From: a virus
Taxonomy: Duplodnaviria > Caudoviricetes
Strand: one strand, 5' to 3'
Virus record (IMG/VR): IMGVR_UViG_3300032226_000543
Span: 1 to 50,574 of that record
Length of the DNA: 50,574 bases
Part shown: one piece after another, positions 39,249 to 48,251 of the stretch
Layout of the letters: every line of letters begins with the position of its first letter
Numbering within the stretch: the stretch's first letter is position 1
Program-made: the position numbers and the translations under genes
The notes under the pieces: model-generated
The model's database searches: none
What the model was told of the DNA's origin: nothing
Seen by the model: the letters and a program-made list of their open reading frames with translations, nothing else

Positions 39249-41868
39249 CATTTTTTATGTATCAAGAACGCAAGGCGATATTCAAGAATGGCAGTCAATA
39301 AAATCTAAGTATCCCACAGCACAACGACTGGTTAACATTAATTCTTATCAAGAAATAAAATCTAGATCTCTAACAAAAATGTTTTGGGTAATCTGGGACG
39401 ATGTTAGGCTGGAAGATTCATTTGACCTATTTAATTATCAAGTGACTAAATGGGACGACATGTATGTTCATGTTTTTAAAAATGGAGAACACTATGATGG
39501 TGTTTGTTTATTTTCTAAAAAAAACATAATAAGTCAACGTGAATTTGATAATAGATTCTTTATAGACAAAAAAGAAATTGATATTGTTGTCAGCTATCCA
39601 AGATCTTTTAAAGTATACACTCCTTTAACATTTGAAGAATACCAACAGATCGAAGACGAAATGTTTTGGATAGTTTGGCCTGAAGTTTCCGTAATTGATC
39701 CAGTGGTATTTAATTTATATTTCAGTCATCACAACAGCTATGACCGTAGAGAAAATCATGTATTTAAAAATTTGTGTAACGATACAGAATCATATCTAAG
39801 CGGTATTATTCTTTGCAGCAAACACAAACCATTGTCTAAACGAGAATTTGATCGCAAATATCTTATAGATAAAAAAGAACACGACATTGTTGCTAGCAAA
39901 TATAGATATCCTCAATATTTCCCTGTGTCTTACACAGAGTATCTAGAAATTTGCAATAAAGAAACATCTTCTATGTTTTGGTGCGTGTGGCCTAATATTG
40001 AAATTATCAATAACAGCGTATTTGATCTTTACTTTGATCCATTAGATGGAAAGTACGACTATGATCGAAATATCAATCACATGTTTAAAAATTCCTGTAA
40101 TGGAGTTGAATCTTATCTAAACGGAGTTGTGTTATTTTCAACTAAAAATACAATTACTGAACGAGAGTTTAACCGAAGGTATCTGGTAGATAAAAAAGAA
40201 CACAATATTGTTGTTAGCAAATATAGTTATCCAACATATACCATAAACACCTATCAAGAATATACAGACATTCTAAAAAAAGAAAATCAAAAAATGTTTT
40301 GGTGCGTGTGGCCTAATATTGAAATTGTAAACGAAAATATTTTTGATTTCTATTTTGATCCATTAGATGGAAAGTACGACTATGATCGAAATATCAATCA
40401 CATGTTTAAAAATTCCTGTAATGGAGTTGAATCTTATCTAAACGGAGTTGTATTGTTTTCCACAAACACAATAATATCCGAAAAAGAATTTAATCGTAAA
40501 TTTTTAATTGATAAAAAAGAACACAATTTAGTAGTTAGTAAATACCGTTACCCTCGTTATTCTATCAATAACTACAATGAATATTTAGAAATTTGCAATA
40601 AAGAAACATCTTCTATGTTTTGGTGTGTATGGTCTAATATTGAAATTATTAACCCTGATATATTTGATTTTTACTTTGATCCATTAGATGGAAAGTACGA
40701 CTATGATCGAAATATCAATCACATGTTTAAAAATTCCTGTAATGGAGTTGAATCTTATCTAAACGGAGTTGTATTATTTTCAACCAAAAGTCTAATCACT
40801 GAACGAGAATTCAATCGAAAGTATCTTGTAGATAAAAAAGAAATAGATGTAGTAGCCAGCAAATACTGTTACCCTCGTTATTCTATCAATTCCTACGATG
40901 AATATTTAGAAATCTGTAATAAAGAAACATCCGCTTTATTCTGGTGCGTATGGCCTGAAATAAACATTGTTGATGATCTTGTGTTTGATTTCTATTTTGA
41001 TCCCTTAGACGGAAAGTATGATCAGGATAGAACAATGAATCATACATTTATGCACAGATTTAATAATGTTGACATTCGTATTAACGGTCTAATGTTGTTA
41101 TCTAAAGATTGCATTATTAGCCGCAAAGAGTTTAATCATAGATTTTTAATTAACAAAAAAGAACATGATCGGGTGGCATCAGAACATCGTGTATATGATG
41201 TAGTGTTTATTTCTTATAATGAATCCAATGCCGATGATAATTATGAAAAATTATTAAAACACTGTCCTAGGGCAAAGCGTGTACACGGTGTAAAAGGAAT
41301 CCATGCTGCTCATTTTAAAGCAGCTGAGATGTGTAACACTGATATGATATGGATCGTCGACGGTGATGCAATTATCGAAGATGATTTTAGTTTTGATCTT
41401 GTGATGTCAAGTTATGATTTAGATTGTGTACATGTTTGGAAAAGTCGTAACCCTATAAACAATCTAGAGTACGGAAATGGCGGTGTAAAATTGTTGCCAA
41501 GACAATTAACATTAAAAATGGATTTTAATACTCCAGACATGACTACTAGCATATCAAATAAATTTAAAGCTATGGATGTAATATCAAACACTAATGCATT
41601 TAACACTGATGAGTTTTCTACTTGGCGTTCTGCATTTAGAGAATGTTGTAAATTGTCCAGCGGAATAATTGATAGACAGTACGAAGAAGAAACTCGATCA
41701 AGATTAGAAGCCTGGTGTACAATTGGTGCAGATAAACTTTACGGAAAAAATGCTATACAAGGAGCATTAATGGGTAGAGCATACGGAGAAGCCAACAAGA
41801 ATAACGCCGATGCACTATGTAAAATAAATGATTTTATTTGGTTGCAGGAAAAATATAATGAAATTTAA
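39241..41868 (+). CDS. Repeat-containing glycosyltransferase-like protein (six degenerate units plus a C-terminal GT domain)
   Basis: Probable start at ATG 39241 (MYDIF). The C-terminal domain DVVFISYNE...RVHGVKGIHAAH...WIVDGDA...YGNGGVKL...WRSAFRECCKL is paralogous to 38355-39248. Confidence 0.75.
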   Translation: MYDIFYVSRTQGDIQEWQSIKSKYPTAQRLVNINSYQEIKSRSLTKMFWVIWDDVRLEDSFDLFNYQVTKWDDMYVHVFKNGEHYDGVCLFSKKNIISQREFDNRFFIDKKEIDIVVSYPRSFKVYTPLTFEEYQQIEDEMFWIVWPEVSVIDPVVFNLYFSHHNSYDRRENHVFKNLCNDTESYLSGIILCSKHKPLSKREFDRKYLIDKKEHDIVASKYRYPQYFPVSYTEYLEICNKETSSMFWCVWPNIEIINNSVFDLYFDPLDGKYDYDRNINHMFKNSCNGVESYLNGVVLFSTKNTITEREFNRRYLVDKKEHNIVVSKYSYPTYTINTYQEYTDILKKENQKMFWCVWPNIEIVNENIFDFYFDPLDGKYDYDRNINHMFKNSCNGVESYLNGVVLFSTNTIISEKEFNRKFLIDKKEHNLVVSKYRYPRYSINNYNEYLEICNKETSSMFWCVWSNIEIINPDIFDFYFDPLDGKYDYDRNINHMFKNSCNGVESYLNGVVLFSTKSLITEREFNRKYLVDKKEIDVVASKYCYPRYSINSYDEYLEICNKETSALFWCVWPEINIVDDLVFDFYFDPLDGKYDQDRTMNHTFMHRFNNVDIRINGLMLLSKDCIISRKEFNHRFLINKKEHDRVASEHRVYDVVFISYNESNADDNYEKLLKHCPRAKRVHGVKGIHAAHFKAAEMCNTDMIWIVDGDAIIEDDFSFDLVMSSYDLDCVHVWKSRNPINNLEYGNGGVKLLPRQLTLKMDFNTPDMTTSISNKFKAMDVISNTNAFNTDEFSTWRSAFRECCKLSSGIIDRQYEEETRSRLEAWCTIGADKLYGKNAIQGALMGRAYGEANKNNADALCKINDFIWLQEKYNEI
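39910..41190 (+). repeat. In-frame tandem repeat, 321-bp period (107 aa), four close copies plus two diverged upstream units
   Basis: GATCC(A/C)TTAGA anchors at 40036, 40357, 40678 and 40999; a 98-bp block is identical at 40033-40130, 40354-40451 and 40675-40772. Confidence 0.95.
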
Positions 41869-43276
41869 TCGCAATATTAAAGGTAACCAAGTAGTTAAAA
41901 TTAATGGAATGTATCAAAGTAGATATTTCCATGATGCTACCTATGTTCAAAATCTTTTAAATCAGGTTAGTCCTAGCTTCTGTCTTGCTAAATGGTACAA
42001 TGTCAGTATACATATTCCTACGGGAAAAACACACAGTTGTTATCATCCTCCTACGCACAACATTCCGTTAGCCGAAATAGCTATAGATGTAAGTGCATTA
42101 CATAATACAAAATACAAAAAAGAACAACGTGCTTTAATGTTAAAAGGTGAACGACCCAGTGAATGCAATTTTTGTTGGCAAATCGAAGACAGTGGCAATC
42201 AGTTAAGTGATCGCGCCTATCGTAGTAAAGATGTATTTGAACCTGAGCTAATAGAAGAAGCCAAAACTATAGAAAATCCAAATCCTCGTTATGTTGAAGT
42301 AAACTTTAATCAAGCCTGCAATTTTAAATGTAGTTATTGTAGTCCGCATCTAAGTACAGCCTGGCATCAAGAAATAGAAAGAGAAGGAAGTTACCAATTA
42401 ACAGACTACAAACATAATGACCTTAGCTGGATTAACAAAACTATGAATTTGGACAATAGTCCAGATAATCCTTATGTAGAAGCATTTTGGAAATGGCTTC
42501 CAGATGTCTACCCAACTTTACAGACTTTCAGAATGACTGGCGGTGAGCCCTTGATGGACAAGAATACCTTTAAAATGTTCGATTATGTATACGAGCATCC
42601 TAAAACCGACTTACACCTGTCTATAACCTCAAATTGCTGTCCTCCAGGAAATCAGTGGAGTAAGTTCTTGATATCATTGAAAAAAATTACTGAAAAAGAC
42701 GCTATTGACCATTTTATGTTGTTTTGTAGTTTAGATAGCTGGGGCAAACAAGCAGCATATATTAGGCATGGTATGGATTTTGATATTTTGCATAATAATG
42801 TTACTGAATATTTAAAAAATTCTGACAAACACAGTTTAACTTTTATCATCACATTCAATGCTCTTAGTTACACAGGATTTTTGGAATACATCAAAAATAT
42901 TTTGAAAATGCGTATAGAGCATAATAGTACACGGCAATTGATTTGGTTCGATGTTCCGCAGTTAACATCTCCCCATTTCCTTAATCCAAAAATACTGGCC
43001 GATCTAGTACCTCAAATAGAACAAGCATTAGAATTTATGTTGCAACACAAAGAAACCAAATTCAATCAATTTAAAGGGTTCAGTGATTTTGAAGTAAGTA
43101 AAGTACAGAGATTGATAGATTGGATTAAGTGTGATACAGATTTTGATTTGGACAAAGCTAGAAAAGATTTTTATTTGTTTTTTCACCAACATGATCAGCG
43201 CCGCGGAACCAATTTTGTAGATACATTTCCTGAATTACACGACTTTTGGATAGAATGCAAGGACTTAAATGAATAA
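41858..43276 (+). CDS. Radical SAM protein with N-terminal Cys-rich (twitch/SPASM-like) domain
   Basis: CNFKCSYC (CxxxCxxC) and TGGEP; N-terminal FCLAKW...SCYHP...CNFCW. The start at ATG 41858 overlaps the upstream gene end. Confidence 0.9.
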   Translation: MKFNRNIKGNQVVKINGMYQSRYFHDATYVQNLLNQVSPSFCLAKWYNVSIHIPTGKTHSCYHPPTHNIPLAEIAIDVSALHNTKYKKEQRALMLKGERPSECNFCWQIEDSGNQLSDRAYRSKDVFEPELIEEAKTIENPNPRYVEVNFNQACNFKCSYCSPHLSTAWHQEIEREGSYQLTDYKHNDLSWINKTMNLDNSPDNPYVEAFWKWLPDVYPTLQTFRMTGGEPLMDKNTFKMFDYVYEHPKTDLHLSITSNCCPPGNQWSKFLISLKKITEKDAIDHFMLFCSLDSWGKQAAYIRHGMDFDILHNNVTEYLKNSDKHSLTFIITFNALSYTGFLEYIKNILKMRIEHNSTRQLIWFDVPQLTSPHFLNPKILADLVPQIEQALEFMLQHKETKFNQFKGFSDFEVSKVQRLIDWIKCDTDFDLDKARKDFYLFFHQHDQRRGTNFVDTFPELHDFWIECKDLNE

Positions 43277-44627
43277 TAGAGTTAATGAAATAAAAATAGT
43301 AAGAGACAGATTAAATGCAGTAAGCCCCAGCTTCTGCACAATGAAATGGTTACACCAAACTCTGTATCTACACACAGGAGATAATCACAGTTGTTATCAT
43401 CCTCGGCCACATCATATTGGGCTAGATGAAATTGCCATTGATGCCAATGCATTACATAATACTAAATGGAAAAAAGAACAACGTAAAAAAATGCTAGAAG
43501 GTGAGCGTCCTAGTGAATGTTCTTATTGTTGGAACATAGAAGATCTTGAGGGAGAACATATTAGCGATAGAATGATTCACAGTGCTAGTGATTTTAGCGA
43601 ACCCTTAATTGAAAAATTAGCAGAGCTACCTTGGGATGCTCCAGTGAATCCTCGATACCTCGAAGTTAGTTTTGGTAACGGCTGCAATTATCGTTGCGGG
43701 TATTGCTGTCCGCAAGCCAGCACCATGTGGACTGAAGAAATTAAAAAACATGGCAACTATGATTTAACTTATAATCAATACGGTATAGAGTTCATGACCA
43801 ACGGTACATATTATGGACCCAAGGATGAAAATCCTTATATCGAAGCATTTTGGCGTTGGTGGCCGAGCTTGCGTAACGACTTGCACACACTTCGTATCAC
43901 AGGCGGTGAGCCTCTTATGAATCCTGGTGCCATGCAGTTTTTTGATCTACTAGAAGATGAGCCGGCACCTCATTTAGAAATTACATTGAATAGTAATCTT
44001 GGAGTTTCATTTGATCGCGTAGACAGGCTAATTGCTAGAGTAATCAGTTTAGTTAATCAAAAGAAAATTCGTAAATTTAGTTTTTTTACCAGTATAGACA
44101 GTTGGGGCTCCCAGGCAGAATATATGCGTACAGGACTAGAGTGTGGTCATTGGGAACGCAACATGATTGAAGTAATCAAAGCGGGGGCTACTGTGAATTT
44201 GATGTGTACCTACAATGTATTGTGTGTTACCAATTTTCAACAACTATTAAAAAAAGTAATCGAGTGGCGTGAACAGTTTGGTTTTCAAAGCGTTTCTTTT
44301 GATACCCCTTACCTAAAAGAACCTCCACACTGGATGATTAACATTCTTACTGATGATTTTATAGCACATCAAGAGAGCCAACTGCAATTTATTGTAGATA
44401 ACAAAAAATGGTTTACTGATGTCGAATATGAAAAAATGCTGCGAGTCACCGATTACATGAAGGCAAACACTGTGCCACAGGAAAAAATACTAGCAGGTAG
44501 AAGAGACTTTTACAGTTTTTTTACAGAAAACGACAAACGCTTGGGCACTAGTTTATTAGATACATTCCCAGAATATACAGATTTTTATGAACTCTGTAAA
44601 GAGGTATACAACAACTATGATAAATGA
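43269..44627 (+). CDS. Radical SAM protein with N-terminal Cys-rich domain, paralogue of the previous gene
   Basis: CNYRCGYC and TGGEP; N-terminal FCTMKW...SCYHP...CSYCW; EYMRTG motif. Confidence 0.9.
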   Translation: MNNRVNEIKIVRDRLNAVSPSFCTMKWLHQTLYLHTGDNHSCYHPRPHHIGLDEIAIDANALHNTKWKKEQRKKMLEGERPSECSYCWNIEDLEGEHISDRMIHSASDFSEPLIEKLAELPWDAPVNPRYLEVSFGNGCNYRCGYCCPQASTMWTEEIKKHGNYDLTYNQYGIEFMTNGTYYGPKDENPYIEAFWRWWPSLRNDLHTLRITGGEPLMNPGAMQFFDLLEDEPAPHLEITLNSNLGVSFDRVDRLIARVISLVNQKKIRKFSFFTSIDSWGSQAEYMRTGLECGHWERNMIEVIKAGATVNLMCTYNVLCVTNFQQLLKKVIEWREQFGFQSVSFDTPYLKEPPHWMINILTDDFIAHQESQLQFIVDNKKWFTDVEYEKMLRVTDYMKANTVPQEKILAGRRDFYSFFTENDKRLGTSLLDTFPEYTDFYELCKEVYNNYDK

Positions 44628-45861
44628 TCAAAACAAACACTCGTGGTGCGTAAATGCTGATCACGCTATGAGTGCCAATAACAACGGTACAACTAAGATC
44701 TGTTGCATGATTGCTAATGAAGAAGTGATGAAATTGGGAGAGAACAGCATACAAGAAAATTTTAACAAGAAAGAATTTATCGATATTAGACAATCGCTGC
44801 AAAATGGTGAACGCCATCAAGACTGTCGCTGGTGTTGGCAAGAAGAAGATTCGGGTCGCAAAAGCAAGCGGTTACGAGATAATGAAAAATACTTAGGCCA
44901 TGTAAATGCTGGAGGCACAGAGTATAATGGATTGGCCAAATTTGAATTAAACCTAGGTAATACCTGTAATCTAAAATGTCGTACCTGCGCACCATATTCT
45001 AGCAGCCAGTGGGTCAAAGAAGAATATGACATTTATGAACACAAAAGGTATAAGCAAAATTACAAAGCCTATACTGATACTATGAAAAAGTATCATCAGA
45101 CTTATGACGACGACAGCAAATTTTGGCTAGACCTTGAAGACAATCTCCATACAATAAGACAATTTGATTTCTATGGCGGCGAACCGTTTCTTAGTAAAAA
45201 AATGTGGAGAATTTTAGAAATCTGTGTAGATAGAGGATATGCTAAAGATATAGAACTACACTATGCAACCAATGCCACTGTATGGCCAGAAGATAAGATA
45301 CAAATATTTGCTCATTTTCGACATGTAAATTTAAACTTTAGCATAGATGGAATTGGAAAACAGTTTGAATACATGCGACACCCCGCTGTATGGGATGAAG
45401 CAGTAGTCAACATGAATAAGGCTAAAGAATTGCAAAAATTGCATCATGATATACACATCAGCTGGTGTATCACTATCAGCAGTATCAATATCTATAACCT
45501 AGAAGAGATTCTAGAAGAACATTATCAAAATTATCCAACATTTGGTAGCTACCTTAATTTGGTGCATGGCCCTGCACATTTTAATATAAGTACTTTGCCA
45601 GACGATGTAAAAGTAAAGGTAATAGAAAAATTAAATTCTATTCCCAAACATCATGAAAACATGTGGCATCATCATTTACCTGGGGTAATCAATTTTATAA
45701 AAAACGGAAAGCCCAATGAGACTATATGGAATGAATTTAAAAAGAAAATAGAAATTCATGACGGATATAGGGAACAAAATTTTGCAGAGGTATACCCCGA
45801 GTATGCTAGTGCTATTAACTGGAGACCAACTCGTGTCTACAAATTTCTTCAATTACAGTGA
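44617..45861 (+). CDS. Radical SAM protein with N-terminal Cys-rich domain
   Basis: CNLKCRTC, YGGEP and FSIDG...FEYMRHP; N-terminal WC...KICC...CRWCW. Probable start at ATG 44617. Confidence 0.9.
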   Translation: MINDQNKHSWCVNADHAMSANNNGTTKICCMIANEEVMKLGENSIQENFNKKEFIDIRQSLQNGERHQDCRWCWQEEDSGRKSKRLRDNEKYLGHVNAGGTEYNGLAKFELNLGNTCNLKCRTCAPYSSSQWVKEEYDIYEHKRYKQNYKAYTDTMKKYHQTYDDDSKFWLDLEDNLHTIRQFDFYGGEPFLSKKMWRILEICVDRGYAKDIELHYATNATVWPEDKIQIFAHFRHVNLNFSIDGIGKQFEYMRHPAVWDEAVVNMNKAKELQKLHHDIHISWCITISSINIYNLEEILEEHYQNYPTFGSYLNLVHGPAHFNISTLPDDVKVKVIEKLNSIPKHHENMWHHHLPGVINFIKNGKPNETIWNEFKKKIEIHDGYREQNFAEVYPEYASAINWRPTRVYKFLQLQ

Positions 45862-47089
45862 ACTAAGACAAATACATGTGGAGCTTACTAATGCTTGTAA
45901 TGCAGCATGCCCCATGTGTACTAGGTTTCATCTGAATAGTCCGTTGGTACGACCTGATCTTACAATTGATCAAATTACTATCGAAAAATTTAAAAAATAT
46001 TTTCCACCCGAAGTTATTAAAAAATTAGAAATAATACTATTTTGCGGAGTTCATGGAGATCCAGGAATGGCTAAAGATCTTTATGAGATTTGTGAATATA
46101 TAGCTACCACTAATCCCGAAACTTCAGTTAGAATTAATACTAACGGCGGTATGAGGAAACCAGAATTTTGGAAAAAAATGGGAGAGCTATTTGCCAAACA
46201 ACGGCAGGATCATTGGAAGTGGATGATAACTTTTAGTATAGACGGACTTGAAGATACCAATCACTTGTATAGGCGTAATGTAGAATGGTCTAAGGTGACG
46301 GCAAATGCACAGGCTTTTATTGATGCTGGTGGAATTGCTGAATGGGATTATTTAATTTTTAAATATAATGAACATCAAATAGATCAAGCTATAGCATTAT
46401 CTAAATCGATGGGCTTTTTAAATTTCCATCCTAAAAAAGCACTAGGTGTAGATAACGGAAAACAATTGCAAAAAATGAGTGCAATGAATAGAGATGGTGA
46501 ATTAGATTATTGGATTGAACCACCCCAAGAAGAAAAAAACAGAAATTTATCTAATCCAATTAACACACAGGTTATAGAACAATATTGGAAATTTGACACC
46601 GATCATTACAAAAGATTAAAGGCTGAAAAGAAAACACTTAATAATTATCCACACTTAATTTCTAAAGCCTACGAACTATTAGAAAAAGAAAACACAGATG
46701 TATTAGATTCTGCAAAAATTGATTGCAAAGCTACCACTATGACAGGCGGCAAAGAAGTTTTTATAGACAATTTTGGCAGAGTGATACCTTGCTGTTACAT
46801 AGGTACACATCTAAACGGAGTTCATTCTGACAGCCATAGTCTCCAACTACATTATGAAGTTGAAAAATATGGTTGGGAAAAATTTGATCTTAATCAACAT
46901 ACCCTAGAAGAAATTCTAGAAGCTCATCATCTAGATAGAGTTTTTACTGATAGTTGGACAAAACCCAGTTGCAAAGAAGGTAAAATGGCCTACTGTGCAA
47001 ACATCTGTGGTTCTTTTAGTAGAGTTGATAAAATCTATACACATGAAAAACAAGAAGATCAATCAAGAAATTGGCGTACTAAAAAATGA
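45833..47089 (+). CDS. Radical SAM protein with C-terminal SPASM/twitch-like domain
   Basis: ELTNACNAACPMC, HGDP, NTNGG and FSIDGLEDTNHLYR; C-terminal C...IDNFGRVIPCC...C...CANIC. GTG at 45833 is preceded by GGAGA at 45821, a better start than 45758. Confidence 0.88.
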   Translation: MSTNFFNYSELRQIHVELTNACNAACPMCTRFHLNSPLVRPDLTIDQITIEKFKKYFPPEVIKKLEIILFCGVHGDPGMAKDLYEICEYIATTNPETSVRINTNGGMRKPEFWKKMGELFAKQRQDHWKWMITFSIDGLEDTNHLYRRNVEWSKVTANAQAFIDAGGIAEWDYLIFKYNEHQIDQAIALSKSMGFLNFHPKKALGVDNGKQLQKMSAMNRDGELDYWIEPPQEEKNRNLSNPINTQVIEQYWKFDTDHYKRLKAEKKTLNNYPHLISKAYELLEKENTDVLDSAKIDCKATTMTGGKEVFIDNFGRVIPCCYIGTHLNGVHSDSHSLQLHYEVEKYGWEKFDLNQHTLEEILEAHHLDRVFTDSWTKPSCKEGKMAYCANICGSFSRVDKIYTHEKQEDQSRNWRTKK

Positions 47090-47949
47090 AATTGTTAACA
47101 GTGTTTTGTTGGGATGATATTCCTCAACTTTTTTTGCAGGCAGAAACTATAAAAAAATTTTGGAAAGGAAACAAGCACTGGACAATAATAGTAGAAGATG
47201 CCGGACTTAGGAAACCAGAATCAATAAAAGCTGCTAATCAAATAAAAAATAATTTATCTGACTGGAATATAGAAGTTATTATTCCTGACTCTAAATTTAA
47301 ATCATCGGGATGGCGAAGACAGCAATTATTCAAACTATGGTATTCGTCAATATCAGACACTAAATGGGTACTAGTGCTTGATTGTAAAAATTTTTTTATT
47401 CGTCCTGTGTCTGAAGATATGTTTGTATTGAATAATACAATAATGTCAATTCCGGTATTTATAGACAACGAATTTACAATAGAAAGTCATACTGCTGCAA
47501 AACTACTTTTAGGTGTAACTGCCGACATACCTATGTCGTCATGTCTTACTCCGTGCGTTATAAATTCTACAGAATCTAAATCATTGTTGGCGCATCTTGA
47601 CATAGATTTAGATCACTGGATAGAAGGACAGGCTACAGAATTCGCATTGTATCAGGCTTGGACATATGACAAATTTGAATACAATCCTGTGCAATTTGTT
47701 ACTGGATTTTGGGATGAGGTTCCTATAGACCTTGTTGACGGTGTGATTCTAGGCGTAATTAATAATTCAAAGTTCTTGGTGTGGGTACATCACCGTTGCG
47801 TAGTTAAAGAACAATATAGAACAATAACTAAACAAGTATTACATAATGTGGGAATCCCACAAGACGTTACCGACTTGTGGGATTTACGCAGTAAAGATTT
47901 GTTAGATAGATATGCTAATCAGAACAGATCCAACTGGAGAGATATCTAA
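47086..47949 (+). CDS. Putative glycosyltransferase-fold protein (DUF6492-like)
   Basis: GWRRQQLFKL...VLVLDCKNFFIRP...TP...TEFALY resembles the DUF6492/GT-A-like pattern; no canonical DxD. Confidence 0.55.
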   Translation: MKLLTVFCWDDIPQLFLQAETIKKFWKGNKHWTIIVEDAGLRKPESIKAANQIKNNLSDWNIEVIIPDSKFKSSGWRRQQLFKLWYSSISDTKWVLVLDCKNFFIRPVSEDMFVLNNTIMSIPVFIDNEFTIESHTAAKLLLGVTADIPMSSCLTPCVINSTESKSLLAHLDIDLDHWIEGQATEFALYQAWTYDKFEYNPVQFVTGFWDEVPIDLVDGVILGVINNSKFLVWVHHRCVVKEQYRTITKQVLHNVGIPQDVTDLWDLRSKDLLDRYANQNRSNWRDI

Positions 47950-48251
47950 AATATATTTTTAGATGATTCTTGAATATCAGTTTTTAATCTTTCAATATCC
48001 ATTTGAAAATCCATTTTTCTGATATCGTTTCGATATTCTTGAAAAATGTTCACTAGCTTGTCAGCAACTTCGTCTGAGGTTGCATTTGACAATTGCTCTT
48101 GAACATTTATCTCCCATATTCGACCGTCGGCAAATTCCAACCGCAATTGATTTAGATATGCCACAGGCATTGTATTCATATAGAGGTCTTCAAAAATTTC
48201 AGGCCACTCACTGACTAAATGCTTTGGCGGTTTAAACAACGGTTTAGGCAC
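47946..48251 (-). CDS. Hypothetical protein
   Basis: 101-aa ORF with GTG start overlapping the upstream gene; last gene of the minus-strand run. Confidence 0.7.
   Translation of the reverse strand: MPKPLFKPPKHLVSEWPEIFEDLYMNTMPVAYLNQLRLEFADGRIWEINVQEQLSNATSDEVADKLVNIFQEYRNDIRKMDFQMDIERLKTDIQESSKNIF

Noticed and set aside
40033-40772. Three identical 98-bp repeats at regular spacing as a CRISPR array
   Set aside because: The repeats are too long, the intervening sequences are homologous to each other, the 321-bp period keeps the reading frame, and no cas genes are present.
41858-47089. Radical SAM genes as QueE, NrdG, MoaA or a RiPP maturase locus
   Set aside because: The proteins are larger and differently organised than QueE or NrdG, partner genes (queC/queD/folE, nrdD, moaC) are absent from the window, and no precursor peptide or RRE domain is evident.
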